Below are positions 1 through 14,402 of a stretch of 64,000 bases of DNA, one piece after another. The notes beneath the pieces were generated by a model. The model made no database searches, had not been told where the DNA came from, and was given only the letters and a program-made list of their open reading frames with translations. Within the stretch, counting starts at the first letter, position 1. Each line of letters starts with the position of its first letter. This stretch comes from the human T2T-CHM13v2.0 reference genome, Homo sapiens. The translations under genes and the position numbers were made by a program. The stretch is from assembly GCF_009914755.1 (NCBI RefSeq), contig NC_060937.1; one strand, 5' to 3'.

Positions 1-834
1 CAGTGTGGAAAATCTAGAAAAGTCTGGCTTCCTTGAGTTTATTATAAACATCAATGCTGTTAGGGAATCAGAAGAGGACTCCAGGAAGCAAAGAGAAGAA
101 AAGGGTTCCTTCTCTCCCGTTTCCAAGACTGGAAGAGCCCCTCTGTGTGGAGCAGGGCACGCTAGTGTTAGGTAGGGGTTCCTAGAGAAGAAAGGCCTGC
201 TTTTTGTCTATCAGCCACAGCTCTGGGTTGTCTGCAAATCCTGAGAAAGCTTTGTGAGATCTGAGAGCAGAGATGACCTCTGTCTGGAAAGAGTGGTGAG
301 GAGGTGGAGGGAGAGGGCTGCAGAGAGCCTGGGCATAAATGCCATAGAAACAGTCATGAAGTCTCCCATAATGTTGGGTGGCACAGAAATGTAAGGCCAG
401 ATCCTGTGTCTCCATCTATGGTATAGAAGCAGTCAAGATATCCACCAACCAGAAAGAGAACACATGTACAGAAGTGTGTGACCATAGGTGGCATGTGTGT
501 GTGTGTGGATGAGGGAGCACCCCAAGAGGATGGCAGCATCTCATTGGATGCTGAAGTGAACAGATGACATCTAGGACCAGGTGCTCCCCCAAACCATGGT
601 GCCCTGGAACTTAGATACAACTTCTAGAAAGGTAGGGAGGAAATACTGACATTGATTTTTCTTTATTCCAATAGAATCACAAGCTAACTATTTAAAAAAA
701 ATAAGAAACACAACTTATTCACATTAATTTCTGGACTGAGGCTTATATCCACAAATGCATTTTAACTTTAAAGAGCTTAATGAAGAGCTTACTTTCTTAG
801 GGTCTAGTGACGTACATATCTGATTGCTCATGTG

Positions 835-1305
<471 letters not shown>

Positions 1306-2295
1306 AGCTGAATTGTTGGTAGTGTTACCAACAGATGAGATGAGATGTTGGATACAAAGCACATAGCTCGAAGCTTGGCACTTATGTGGTCAAAAAAATA
1401 CTAATTCCTGATATCCTCCCAGTGGTATTATCTAGTGAGCCTTCTTTCAAATTCAAAGGTTTTATTTCTCAGATATAATTTACGTGAAAGGCTGTGATTT
1501 TCTCCTTTCTCTGAGTTCCAAGTGCAGGTTTTGTTCTGAAGAAGTCACACAATGGACTGATTTGTCAGTGTATTTGTTTCCAAGGATTTCCCTTCTACAG
1601 TTCTTTTCATAAAAGTGGCACTGGTTGACCTGAATTCATGACCAGGCTGAGACAGGGCTTTCTGCAACCCTGTTGAGGCCAATCTCGCTGTCTGCTTCTA
1701 TTGCATTCTTCAATAGGACACTTAGTCCATTGGGCCAGTGCACCATGCCAAAAGGAGTTACTAAATTGTTAAAGGGGGCCTCAGCGAGTTCACGTAGATA
1801 GAGGGAAATGCCAGGTCATCCCAGAGGCTGAGGGTCTATCGAAGTTAGTGCTTGAAGTTGCTGTTGCATTGGCAGTGCATCACATGATACAGGGTTTTCA
1901 CGTCTGCTTTGAATACAACTGTTTCCTGCAGGGCTGCTAGTGTCCGAGCCTTGTCTTTTTCTGTTAGAAACCTTCAACAAACTACTCTCTAAGGGGACAG
2001 CGTTTCTAATAGGGGATACTTTTGACGGAGCTGGCTGAAGAAAGCAAATCGTGTGATGGCTGAGAGAGGATCCTATCACCCTTTATTGCACCATGCTCTT
2101 TATCTCTTCATTTACAACCACCTTCTCATTGGCCTCTTCATCACTGTATTTTGAACACATAACTAGTCTTTTACCCACATACAGCGTCCTGCACCTGCTG
2201 GGGCTGAGCTGCAGTATGTAGGGGCTCACAACGATGGTGTTTTGCTTTGCTTTTCAGACTCAAAATACCTCAGCCAGGAGCCGCAGCTGGTTTCT

Positions 2296-2445
2296 TTCAA
2301 AGTGGTTTGCAGATCCCCTGCATCCTAATATGTCTGGGGTGCCCAGTGAATGCAGGTTTTGAAGATCCCATTCCAGATCCCCTGATTCTCCAGATCCCCT
2401 GATTCAGAATCTCTGCACTTTCACCTAACACCTTGATGCTGGAGA
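2296..2445. mobile_element. MER5-like (hAT-Charlie) DNA transposon fragment with a short internal duplication
   Basis: 'aagtggtttgcagatccc...tgcatc...gattcagaatctctgca' resembles MER5; 'tccagatcccctgattc' occurs twice in tandem at ~2372-2405. Confidence 0.5.
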
Positions 2446-2909
2446 CACCACTCACACATTCCCTTCTACACCTCTGTCTCACTGCTAGGAGCCACCTCAG
2501 CTAACTCATGCATCTCTTTGTAGATGGCTCTTTTAGTTGTTTTCTTTGCCAGCAGAAGCTGGGATAGATTTTCTGAGAAGTTCACACGTCTTATTTCAGT
2601 AGGCTCATACCTCTAGCACACTGTGGTTTTACCATAAGCACTTAGACAATGGCCACGGATTTAACATAACCGAGCGTGCAGTTCTAGTTCTCATCATACA
2701 TACGCTTCCACCAAAGTTGTAATCTGTGTAACCATAGCGTTTCTTGTGCTTTTTCACCTGTTACTTTCTATTACTTAACAGCCCAATGTGAGGAAATGAT
2801 TGTCAATGAGTGCTGGGAGTACCACACTGTTGTACTTTTTGACAGAGTAGGCGGCTCTGGAACCTGTATCGGTCTGGCTGCCTGGTGCATTTGCTGGCCG
2901 AGCATTTCT

Positions 2910-3161
2910 GTTTTTGTTTTCTTTTTTTCTTTCTTTTTTGTTTCTGAGATGGAGTCTCACTCTGTGGCCCAGGCTGGAGTGCAGTGGCATGATCTCAGCT
3001 CACTGCAACCTCTGCCTCCCGGGTTCAACTTTTGTATGTTTAGTAGAGATGGAGTTTGACCATATTGGCCAGGCTGGTCTTGAACTCCTGACCTCAAATG
3101 ATCCACATGCCTCGACGTCCCAAAGTGCTGGGATTACAGGCATGAGCCACCACACCTGGCC
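2910..3161 (-). mobile_element. AluSx/Sz-like element with a large internal deletion
   Basis: 'gagatggagtctcactctg...cccgggttcaac' is joined directly to 'ttttgtatgtttagtagaga'; ends 'cacacctggcc'; TSD ctggccgagcatttct (2894-2909) / ctggccaggcatttct (3162-3177). Confidence 0.93.
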
Positions 3162-5696
3162 CTGGCCAGGCATTTCTTACTGATGATCTGAGTTGTTCCA
3201 TCTTACTCTGTTCCCTCTTAGTATTTCCTAGTTACTAACATGCCCTGAGGCTGCATTTGGATCAATTTAATACCACTGTTGTTTCCAGTTGTCACCTCCC
3301 ACCATATGGCAGTTACTCCAGTCTCCTGCTCTTGCTTATCCTTGAAATGCATCCCAGCCAGTTAGGCATCTCTGCTTCTGAGACAGGAGGCTGAGAATTC
3401 CACCATGTTCAAGGAAATGGCCCTTAGGCACTGTCTAAGGGGACCATATAGGCAGTCTGATAAAGTCACATCTAAGAAAAACATTTCAGAAAGCGTCAGC
3501 TAGCACACCTTTGATTATAGAGGAAGCCAATTATGCTCAAACACTAATGAATTCATTTTTAAGGATGTTATGATACAGTTATGCATGTGCTTCTTTCCCA
3601 ATGCATTAAGTAAAGGGAAACAGCTGTGACTGAGATGATCTTTGTAAATTTGAAGAGCTAGTGATCATAAATGATATTTTGAGATAACTAAAAATTATAT
3701 TAATGTGAAAATATCTGTAATTTGTATTGGAACAATATCACATGTACGGTTAGTAGTATTGTGGGTTATGACTTACATTCATAATTGGAGGAAGTGCTAT
3801 ACATTTTAGTTAAAGATTATAGGAAATAAAGATTCATTCTTTCATTAAGTTCATGATCCCCTCAACTGATTTCTAAGAACCCCTGATCTAGCTCAGTCTC
3901 CCAGTTCTACCTGGGAACAAAGACTCTGAGATATAAACTGGATGCCAGGATCACACTCCTGTTTGCCAGGTAGGATTGACTCTCGGATCCCTTCACCCAC
4001 GCTTCTTTCTGCTGTGCTCCCCTGCTCCTGCTGCTGAATCATGAGATGGACTTTAGTGGTGATTGTGCTTCGTGATCCTATTATAGTTCCGATGTTTTTG
4101 TGTTACATTTGATCCCAGCAATTCTATACAATTCCTTTTCTCTGACGTGCTTTAATTCTGATTGAAGGTCAGTGCTGGGTGCATGCCATACTCCATTTCT
4201 CCTGGAATATGATGGCAAGTTCCCTAATAATTTTTTTCATTCTTATTGATCAAAGTACCATGCTCCTACTTATTTAGAGGGAAATAAAAAAAAATGATAG
4301 CAGGAAGCGTGTTTTTCTTTTGAGTAGTGTGGATCTGAAGATTGTATTACAAAATTTGATCAATATATGAAATATAGAGAAAAACCAGAAGCGATCAACC
4401 AAATTAACAGAGCCTTCTGAGGCAAGAGTCACTGGGAGACTATGGAAGAGCTAGAATACACTTCGCAGAATGGATTTCAGTCTCTCAGAGGCTCCAATTA
4501 GGAAAAGTATTTCCTGAAGCAGACTGGATTCTGTGGGATCAACCACATTTTATAGCACTCCAATTGTTTGCATTTGGAATTCTCCCAAACATTTCACCAT
4601 TTTTGGAATATTTTTAGATTGGAGTCAAAGATACTATATTAATCTTCAGATCTTGTGTTGTTACTTAATTTTTCTTATATGTAATTTTATCTCCTTAACT
4701 AGGCTACCTGCATTTTGAGATTAGGAAACTAATAAGAAGTGTTGCATTTCTCTGCATCTTTCACAGCCTTTATAATGGTGTTTGGCTGCAAGTTTACGTA
4801 CACAGTGCACTGCGGAAAGAGCCTTTGCTTTCCACCCACACACACAAGGAGCAAATCCCATCTTCACTTCCTATTTCTTGCCAGGTATTAATCCAGCTAG
4901 CTATGCCCCAGTTTCCTTACTAAGTAATACCTACTTATGCAGGTGCTTTAGTAGAATGATACAGAGCAGAAGGTGGTTAAGACAATACATGGCTCACAGC
5001 AGGGGTTTGAAGAGACAACTATTATTAATTAGGTTTCCATAAATATGTGTGATTTGGTGCTCTTACTAGCTAGTGTCCAGGGGGCCTCTCTTGTACATTT
5101 TTTTGTAGTAGTCTTAGAAAATTGGAGCTAAATAAGGTGAAAGCCTGCAGAGAGGTGCAGCACGGAGCATTCCCATACATTTTAGCGACTGTTTATTGTG
5201 GATGTGTCATGTCTATTTGCCTCCTTCCTCTTTCAAAGAATTGATGCCATCCAGCATTGGCGTGTTTTCTCTTCAGTTCTTAGAGCCCTGCTTACTAAGT
5301 CAGTGAAATTGTTTATATTGCTTTCAAAGGGCCAAGAAGTGAAACCATTTGAAAAGAGATAGGATTATGTTGGGGTTTTAGAAAGCTGACATGTAACACT
5401 AATTTTTTCCATCTCGCATTCACAATATATTGAGAGAGGACCCAGAAGACAGATAAATGGAGATCAAAATTTTAAAATATTTGTTATGTATTTTGAAAAT
5501 TCTAATCATGCCAAAGAAGATGACTTTAGCTCTATGGTCTAATACTTCCCCTAGGTCTATGCTAAGGCTTCTCAAAGCAAAGAAGAGCAAAGCAAAACAA
5601 AACAAAGGAAAACAGAACAAAATTGGAGGTTGTCCCCCCGCACATGCAGACAGAGCTTGCCCTGAAAAGCCATCCTCACAGTGGATAAAAAAGCAT

Positions 5697-5776
5697 CCTC
5701 TCTCCAGGCTCACACATTGAAGAGAACTCTCTCCAGGCTCACACATTGAAGAGAACTCTCTCCAGGCTCACACATT
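5697..5776. repeat. 29-bp tandem repeat, ~2.7 copies
   Basis: 'tctccaggctcacacattgaagagaactc' starts at 5701, 5730 and 5759. Confidence 0.95.
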
Positions 5777-5904
5777 TGAAAAGAGAGAGGGGATGGCATT
5801 CTGCTAATCATGTTGTTTCTTCTCCCACACTCAATAGTAAGATCAGTTTCTCTTCCCAGAAGAAGGAATTTTAAAAAGAGGCAGAGAAGTGCTAAGCATC
5901 TTCT

Positions 5905-6345
5905 AGCTGAGTGGTCCTCGATGTGTGGTCCCAGGCCAGCAGCATCACCTCAGCTGGGGATTCATCTGTGGCCTCATCCTGGATCTGTGACTGCTATGAT
6001 GGTCCAGAGTCCAGGGATCTGAGTTCCACCAAGCCTTCTGGGCATTCTCCCTCAGTGGCCCTTAACCCAGGGTCCAGGGATCTGAGTTCCGCCAAGCCTT
6101 CTGGGCATTCTCGCTCTGTGGTCCTTAACCCAGGGCCCAAGGATCTGAGTTCCGCCAAGCCTTCTGGGCATTCTCGCTCTGTGGTCCTTAACCCTGGTTG
6201 CACATCAGCATTTCTTAAGAAGATTTTAAAATTATCCATGTTCGAGACCCACAGGCAGAAATAATTTATAAATTGAAATTCCTTAGGCTAAGGACAAGGG
6301 ATTCACACATTTTGCAAGTGCTTTGGATAATTCTCAGGTGCAGGC
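5905..6345. mobile_element. Adjacent MER5A/MER5B-like DNA transposon relics
   Basis: 'gtggtcctcgatgtgtggtcccaggccagcagcatcacct' resembles the MER5A start; 'gtggtccttaaccctggttgcacatcag...ggataattctcaggtgcag' resembles MER5B. Confidence 0.6.
6005..6193. repeat. 63-bp tandem repeat x3
   Basis: 'ccagggatctgagttccgccaagccttctgggcattctcgctctgtggtccttaaccc' recurs at 6011, 6074 and 6137. Confidence 0.95.
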
Positions 6346-6966
6346 AGCGCCCAGGGCTACAGCATGGTCCAGCCCAGGCCATGGAAACAGGAGTCCTGGG
6401 CACAGTGCAATGGGCAGACGCTGGCGGTGACTTCAAACTCACAGTCCTGCCTCTGGGGTGTGTCCTTTCCTCCTGCCTCAGCACCTGGCCTTGAGAACAT
6501 TATGAAGTCACCTGAGACACAATTAGATCTGGTGACAATGAACAGTGTGAGATGGTGAGTTTTTGAGGCACAGAAAGCTCAAATACCACTGACACCTCTA
6601 AACTTGTCAGTTAAAATGTGGACTGCATTGTTTCAAGCCGTCACAAAATCCAAAGTAGGCAGACATTACCTAATGTATTTTGAAGAGATACTTTCACATC
6701 CTTGAAAGGAATCCAGACTGAAGACTGCCTTCGTTGGCACCTGAGATGACCCCTCAGAGAGCCAGTGAAAATGTAGAAAAGACACAGAAGCCTTAAAGTT
6801 TTTACATAAGTTATACTTAAAAAAAAAAGATGGAAAGATAAGCTGTGTAGCCAAAGAGAAGAATGTTCTTTAGAAAGAGTGAATTACAAAAGGGACATGA
6901 ACGCATGGGGTATTAGAGTAAGTGCTGACAATATTCTGATGACGGGAAAATTGAGACTAAGATTAG

Positions 6967-7346
6967 TGATATGGTTTGGCTCTGTGTCCCCATCCAAATC
7001 TCATCTTGAATTGTAGTTCCCACAATCCCCAGGTGTTGTGGAAGTGACCTGGTTGGAGGTAATTGAATCATGGGCGTGGTTACCCCCATGCTACTCCTCT
7101 TGTGACAGTGAGTACGTTTTCATGAGATCTGATGGTTTTGTAAGGGGCTTTTCCCCTTTTGCTCAGCACTTCCCCTTCCTGCCACCATGTGAAGAAGGAA
7201 GTGTTTGCTTCCCCTTTTGTCATGATAGTAAGTTTCCAGAATCCTCCCCAGTCCTGAGGAACTATGAGTCTATTAAATCTCTTTTCTTTCTAAATTACCC
7301 TGTCTCTAGTACATGTTTATTAGCAGCATGAGAATGGACTAATACA
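6967..7346 (+). mobile_element. Solo ERVL-MaLR LTR (THE1D/MSTA-like)
   Basis: Starts 'tgatatggtttggctctgtgtcccc', ends 'gagaatggactaataca'; 380 bp, TG...CA ends; 5-bp TSD attag (6962-6966) / actag (7347-7351). Confidence 0.93.
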
Positions 7347-7569
7347 ACTAGTCTTGACTTTCTTGGGGCCCTGAATGAAAAGCAGCTTTGTATTTGTGCT
7401 TCCTCATAAAGTGCCCATTGACTGTAAAGAAAAGCATCATGGGCCACATGAAAAACTGCTTAATTTTTCAGACATGGGCAAACCTTTTCGTTTGCTCCAA
7501 TTTTCAGAAGAGTAGGACACTAAAACATGATGAATACAACATCTAGACTTAATTCTATATTATGTGAAA

Positions 7570-7730
7570 AGTAGTAAAAAGAATGAAGGATAGAAAAAAA
7601 GAAGTGCTAAGGGCCAAAGAAATGGAAGAAAAGAGAAAAGGGGAGAGAAAAAAGAATAGAGCATGATAACAGATCAATAGAGAAAAACACAAAGACAGAA
7701 GAAGAGAAAAAGGAAGGTACAAGACAGATG
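7570..7730. repeat. GA-rich low-complexity tract
   Basis: Purine-rich runs such as 'aagaaaagagaaaaggggagagaaaaaagaatagag'. Confidence 0.6.
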
Positions 7731-8861
7731 TGGGAATTGGTATAAGAAGATGATGAGTAGTCAATATGAGGTGTTAGGAAATGGCCTCTTGGGTTGACTT
7801 GGTCCCTGGCCTTCAGTCCATTACAAATCCTCCCAACAGACATTGAAATGAATAACTCTTTGGCTTGTATTCAGAGATATTTCACTCTTCTTCATTTTTA
7901 GCTTTCAGAGATGCTGCACTGAAAGGGATGTCATAATAACCCCACAGAGTATAAATTACTCCATGAACTGCAGTGTCAGTGATGAGAGCAATATTAATTT
8001 CAGGTCCAAATGAAATCAAACAAAGGGTTAGGTCTACCTATGTACTGAAAGTTTCCTTGTCTGACTCCAAGACTCTGGTGTTGAAATTCATTGATCATTT
8101 GGAAAAGAGGCCTTCTGCAAATTCAATACACATCTGAAAAGCAAAAATGACATGGTATTCCTGCAGACTGCTGCCAGTAAAATGCTGAGTGAACACTGAT
8201 AAAATTAATGTGCCTTCAAACTTGCACAGTGCACCTCTCACTGTCTTGGGGATCAGCCCAAAATAGGGGTTATTTTAGCAGCATGTCTGCTGGTTGTGGA
8301 ACTTGAGTCATGGCTCCTTGCTAAGCCCCTGCCACTGGAGATTATTCCAGCAGCATGCTTTGGAGTGGCAGGTGGAATCCAACCCATTCATCATGCAGCT
8401 AGGCCCAATTTTCTTTTCTGATTTCCTTGGCCGACTTTGGGGATTCCTTAAGGAAACTGTGTGGCACTTGCTATACTTGGGAGATTATTAGAGGCCGATT
8501 ATCAATCTAGGTATCTCAGAGAAATCTGATTTATGTACTTGAAATTTTCTATTTCCTGGATTTGGTGAAATAAGATCAAAGTGACAAGTCAGTCGGGAGA
8601 TAACTTTTAAATCAGTGGTAATTTTTAGTGTTCCTGTGTTTACTTTATGACATTAGGTAAATAAATTCTAAACATCCTTAGTTTACCATTTGAATCCCCT
8701 GTCGTATACTGTGCTTCCAGTAATCACAGGGTCATGTACTGGCCTTGGGGTTGCCTACATAAATAACAGAGCCTGGGCAACCTGTTCACAGGTGTAGTTC
8801 TCGGGAGCAACACAGCCGTGATTTTTAACCAGAGATGTCTGTGTTCAAAGCTGGTACTTTA

Positions 8862-9197
<336 letters not shown>

Positions 9198-9964
9198 TTA
9201 TATACACATTATATACTCTGGAAGTAGAATCTAGAGTCCATAAAAAAGATTACAAATAATAAATAAAATATTTAGAATAACGACTAACACACAGTGGCCA
9301 TTCAGTATGTAATAGTTTTCCTTATAATAATTGTTATATCATATTTTTCACAATATAGATTGGGAAAAAGCTTCTGAGTGACTAAGTATATCACACAAAA
9401 TCTATGGTACAATTTATGGGGCTATTTTAACTTATTCGCATTTCGAATACATGTTCTTATCTGGTTTCTAGGGCCACTTATTAGAAGCAGCAAATTAGGA
9501 CAGAAAAGAGGGACTGTTACAGAAAAGGAGAGTGGTAAGTGTGAGAAATGGTGGCTAAAGGCTATTAGTGGTTTTGTGAAAACTACAAAATTATAACATT
9601 GGGAACATAAACTGAAACATTAAGAAAAACAGCCCACTGGAACCACTTCGTTTAGGAGTAAGATAAACACTAGTTCAATAATCCCTGAGGACAATTCAGT
9701 CCTAACCGTGTTCCTGGATCCACCATCTGCAACATTTCTTGTGGTGTGTTCTGCTGGTAACGAATTATTTCTTCATTTATATGTCTGGAAAACTCGATTT
9801 TACCTTGATCTTTGAAAGATATTTTCTCTGGTAGAGAATTTTAGGTTGACTTTTTTCCTTTCAATCCTGGAGAGATTTTGCTCCTCTGTCTCTTCCCTTC
9901 CCTTGTTTGAGATGAGAGATAGACGGCCATTCTTATCTTCATTCCTCTGTGTAGAATCTGACTA

Positions 9965-10251
9965 GGCAGGTGCTGTGGCTCACACCTGTAATCCCAATAC
10001 TTTGGGAGGCTGAGGAGGGCAGATCACAAGGTCAGGAGCTCAAGACTAGCCTGTCCAACATGATGAAACCCCGTCTCTACTAAAAATACAAAAAAAAAAA
10101 ATCAGCTGGGCGTGGTGGCGGGTGCCTGTAGTGCTAGCTACTTGGGAGGCTGAGGCAGGAGAATTGCTTCAACCTGGGAGGCAGAGGTTGCAGTGAGAGG
10201 AGATTGCACCACTGCACTCCCATCTTGGCGACAGAGCAAGACTCCTGGAAA

Positions 10252-10260
<9 letters not shown>
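9965..10260 (+). mobile_element. AluS (Sg-like) element
   Basis: 'ggcaggtgctgtggctcacacctgtaatccc...acagagcaagactcc' plus poly-A. Confidence 0.95.
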
Positions 10261-10308
<48 letters not shown>

Positions 10309-10322
10309 CATACATATATACA
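10261..10322. repeat. (TA)22 then (TACA)n microsatellite in the Alu tail
   Basis: Uninterrupted TA from 10261 to 10304. Confidence 0.97.
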
Positions 10323-11559
10323 TGACTTCCCCTCTCCCACATCTCCTGGCTTTCAGCGTCTTCTTTTTATTTCTGGTTTGAGCAATTTGGTTTTCACATG
10401 TCTTGGTGTCGTTTTCTTCTTGGTTCTTGTGCTTGGGGCTAAACTTCTGGGATCTGTGGGTTTAATACTTCTGCTTTTTCCATCTTTGAGGATTTTAATT
10501 CCATGTATATTGGACTACTTGGAGTAGTCTCACATTCTGTGATTAGCCCCACTAATGCTCTCAGTTTTTTTAACTATTATTTTTTCTATGTTACATTATG
10601 GAGTTTTTATTGCCACACTTTCAAATTTACAATTTTTTTCCTGCAATGTCTAATCTGCTGTAATTTCCACTTTGTGTATTTTTTGACCTCAGGAAACTGT
10701 AGTTTTCTTCCCTAAAAGTTCAGTTTGGGCCTTTTTAATCTCTCATGCCTCTACTTAACCTTTTGAAGATGTGGGATATAGCAATAATTGCTTTGTAAAT
10801 GTTCGTTTTTGACCATTCTGGCATCTGTGTCAGCTCTGCTGTTGGCTTGCACTGTGTGGCCCCTGCAGACTTCAGGCTGGTTTCCTTTGTGCCCTTTCTC
10901 ACAAAGCTCATGCATGGATTTCCAGCAGGTGTGTGAGTAAAACCCAAATCAGAGGTAATTCTGATTAGCTCTGGAATCCTGTTAATGGATAAACCTGTGT
11001 CCGTATCAAATGGAGGGAGAGAAAATTATTTGTGCCTTCAGGGTCATCTCCTGGTGTTACTGAAAAATACTTCCAGAGAGTCTATGGGCCACTGTGAACC
11101 GCTGTAGCTACGTCCACCCAACTCCACCATCATCAACTAGATAGTGAATCATTCTGTTCTTTTCCATGATACAAAATGCCTGATATGACCTGAGTTTTAG
11201 ACATCGTCCCAACCTCCACGCATTTAGAATAATAGGTACAATATGTCTGTTAGTGCATGAATAAATTCATATAAAATTGTGACTTTGCATTCAGGAAGAG
11301 TATTCATGGCGAATATTTAGTGCATGCCATCTGATACAGAGACACTAAGTTCCTCCAATATGTTTGCAATGCTTTGGGGGCAAGGATTATATCTTTATTC
11401 CCTTCTTTAGTTCAGTGGTTGGCAATAACATAGGTACAAAGCAAAAATGCGTTAGTGCATTATGGCCACACCGAGCAGCGTATTCACACTGGTAATGTTT
11501 ATTGAAAGAAACATTAAATATCACACCTCGATATTATTAAGGAAACTAACTGGATACAC

Positions 11560-11697
11560 TGTTTACAAGGCTCGATGAAAATGTGAGGTACCTTGTTCAA
11601 AAATTATTAAGAATTCTAAGACTTTGAAGTAGAGCATAAAACCAAGTGCCTGTCTCTGCAGCCACACTGATCGTGTAGCCGTGGAGCTGGTCTTGCC
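11560..11697. mobile_element. MER91-like DNA transposon fragment
   Basis: 'ccttgttcaaaaattattaagaattc...gagcataaaaccaag...ggagctggtcttg' resembles MER91A as recalled. Confidence 0.45.
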
Positions 11698-11699
11698 CA

Positions 11700-11912
11700 G
11701 AAATAATAGTTTACAACAAGCTACTGTACAGTTCAGAATAGTTAGAAGATAATCATTCAGGTGTTTCTAGCATAAGAAACAGACAAATATTTAAGGTGTT
11801 GGATACTCAATTACATTAGTTTCATTTTTACAAATTATATGAATGCATTAAATTATCACATGTACTACCAAAATATGTACATCCATTATGTATCAGTAGA
11901 AAATTAAAATTT
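11700..11912 (+). mobile_element. L1MA-type 3' end
   Basis: 'aaatatttaaggtgttggatactcaattac...aaattatcacatgtac...aaatatgtacatccattatgtatcagtagaaaattaaaa'. Confidence 0.75.
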
Positions 11913-12889
11913 TTATTAATGGAGAAAAAAATGAAGTCCCTGATTAAAAGTGCTAGAAATGAGAATTTAGACCTTAAAAACAGCTAAAAATTTAAAAGGA
12001 AAGTTTTGGCAACAAGCCAACCTCAGAAAGTATGAGACCCAAATTCAAAGAATGAACTATGCAAATTTCTGGCTCACAGCAAAATTGCACATGTGCAAGG
12101 GAGATCTATGAAGCCTAGTGAAAAAGCAGAAAGAAAAAATAATTAAAAACTGTAGAAAGTAAAACCCAATTTCAAGTACAAAAACAAAACAAAACAAAAC
12201 AATACCTCACAGATTTCTAAGTTGCTGAAGACAATGTAATATTTCCTCCCAAGACCAAGAAGAAGTTGATTTGAAAAGAGCAATTACTATACAGACTAGT
12301 GTTATATACCATTGGTCTAGTTAGATTTGCTGCGCTTAATGTTACTATTACGTAAAGTTAGTAGTTAGGGTCTCGGACTTTTAAAATAAAAAAAATGTAG
12401 GTACTATGATGGCAAATATTGGGGTTCATATTGCAGAACAGTTGAAGTCATATTTCACTGTTGATTGAATATGCCATGGATATGTGAGCATCTTGAGTTG
12501 GTTGCACGACTTTTATACTTCCATTCTGAATGCAAAAAATTAAAGCTTTATGCTTAAATTAAATAATGTGGCTAAGATTGTTAACACGAGCATATGAAAC
12601 TCAGCTCCTTGAAATAGCCCACCTAAAAAGATGCTTGCTTTGGGGGAGCTGAATAATTTTCTGGGGACACATCTTTTCTTTGTTTGATTTGTTTGGTTCA
12701 AAAAAAAAGCATTCATATTATGGCTTGATATGCCATAAAATTTTGATTTAAAATCTCAAAAATCCAGAGAAAGACTATCTACAAAACTGTCAAGATGCAT
12801 TTTGGATTGTCTCCCTACTTCCATTTTCTTCAAAAGATTTAAATGCAATTTGGATTATAAAAATCGCATTAAGATAGAAAGACTGTGGG

Positions 12890-13045
12890 ATGCATTTCAC
12901 CTGGGGTGCTTGTTAAAAAACGCAATTTCTGGGATTTCATTCCAGATCTACTCAATGAGACTCTGCAGGTGTGCCCCTAGAATCTGCATTTTTTATGCTT
13001 TCCAGATGTTTCTTATGCACAGTCAAGTTTGCAAACCACTGCTCT
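12890..13045. mobile_element. MER5A/B fragment
   Basis: 'cacctggggtgcttgttaaaaaacgcaatttctggg...agaatctgcatttttt...aagtttgcaaaccactgct'. Confidence 0.7.
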
Positions 13046-13964
13046 CGAGTTTTAATTGACATTAAGTAGAACTTTTAATGGATGCACCCTTAATTTCTGA
13101 ATTATTAATGATTAATAGAATCTGCTTTTACTATACACTCACTAAAATACATAGCTGCTTGGGCTGAAATATACAGATGTGTTGCCTTGCTGAAAAGGGA
13201 AGGAAAATCAAAGCTCAGACTGAGTCATGTTTGAAGTTTAGCCATGAAATTTGATGGCTTTTAGCTGAATTAAATGGCAGGCAAAATGTGTGTCTGTTCT
13301 CCACCTCTCTCCTCTAACAGCGTTTCCCTGTCTTGAGCTAATCCTTATGCAGGGATGTCTTATCACTGTTCACTGAATATCTATAGAAAGACACGAGTTA
13401 CAAAGTCAAGAGCTGCAGACTTCTCTAGGTTTCTCCTCGGAACAGTCAGTGACACAGAGCTGTGTCAGGCAGAGCCTGCTGCTGATTTAATTTGATCTTT
13501 CTAGGGAGGATTAAGAATATTGTCCTCAACCCAGTTAGAATGTTGCTGCTAAGTTTCAATGTGTCAGAGGCTTTTTCATTTTCCCAGAGCCAGTGCTGGC
13601 TGGCGTGGCGAGTGACAACATTGCAGCATTTGCAAAGTGACTACGTCGTAGCATTTGCATTATCTTCCTTGCTGTGCATATCTTTCAACCATGTCAGGGA
13701 AGCGGTTGGAAGGAAAAATCACAGAGCACATAAGAAGGACTTCTGGGCCTGCTCCGGAGGCTTGCAGAGGACATGCCCGAAGGGGTGCATGAAGCCTTCT
13801 GTCCCATACCTGTCCCTTGCCTCGATGGGATTCTGTACACCACAGGTTTCTGTCACCACTTTGCCTTGAAATTGGAGGCCTCAGTTATGAATTTTATAAC
13901 AACATCCTCAAATAAGGCCTCACTTTGCAGTGGGTGCCTAACTTAAGGATGATTTTTAAATGAC

Positions 13965-14155
13965 TGTGTCATGTTTGTAAAGACACTTTGTACTTATCGA
14001 AGTGCTTGCATATATACCATCTCATTTAATGCTTGCCAAGATTCTGTTAGGTATGTGAGGCAGGTACTGTTATCTTCACTTTATGAATGAGGAAAAGGCA
14101 CACAGAAGCTAATAACAAGTGAAGTCAACACTGGGTCTGAAATTTGTAAACTCTG
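13965..14155 (-). mobile_element. MIR fragment
   Basis: 'tctcatttaat...gaggcaggtactgttatcttcactttatgaatgaggaaaaggcacacagaag'. Confidence 0.65.
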
Positions 14156-14290
14156 ATATAAAAAAGAAATCGTATCTCTGGAAAGAAAACTGTTGCAAAC
14201 TATACACCTGCTTTCCAAAACATGTGTGGCTCTTCAGTAGCTATTTTGCTGCCTTCTACCTACTCCGGTGTGCTGTTGGCTATGTCCAGT

Positions 14291-14402
14291 GCTGAGGACT
14301 GGGGAGGAGGCTTTTCTTCCCGCTTTAGGATCATGGTGATGTCCTTGCTGAGGACTGGGGAGGAGGCTTTTCCTCCCACTTTAGGATCATGGTGATGTCC
14401 TT
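14291..14402. repeat. 56-bp direct tandem duplication
   Basis: 'gctgaggactggggaggaggcttttc(t/c)tccc(g/a)ctttaggatcatggtgatgtcctt' at 14291 and 14347; 2 mismatches. Confidence 0.95.

Larger units (their letters stand above)
9735..10860 (-). mobile_element. Old L1M fragment, interrupted by an Alu
   Basis: T-rich antisense L1M-like text ('tttgaaagatattttctctggtagagaattttaggttgac', 'ttcttggttcttgtgcttgggg...ttctgggatctgtgggttta'). Confidence 0.65.

Noticed and set aside
1640-2079. Acceptor-like 'tttgctttcttcag' on the - strand (~2035) followed by an open stretch
   Set aside because: Stop at 1816, no recognisable protein and no partner exons found.
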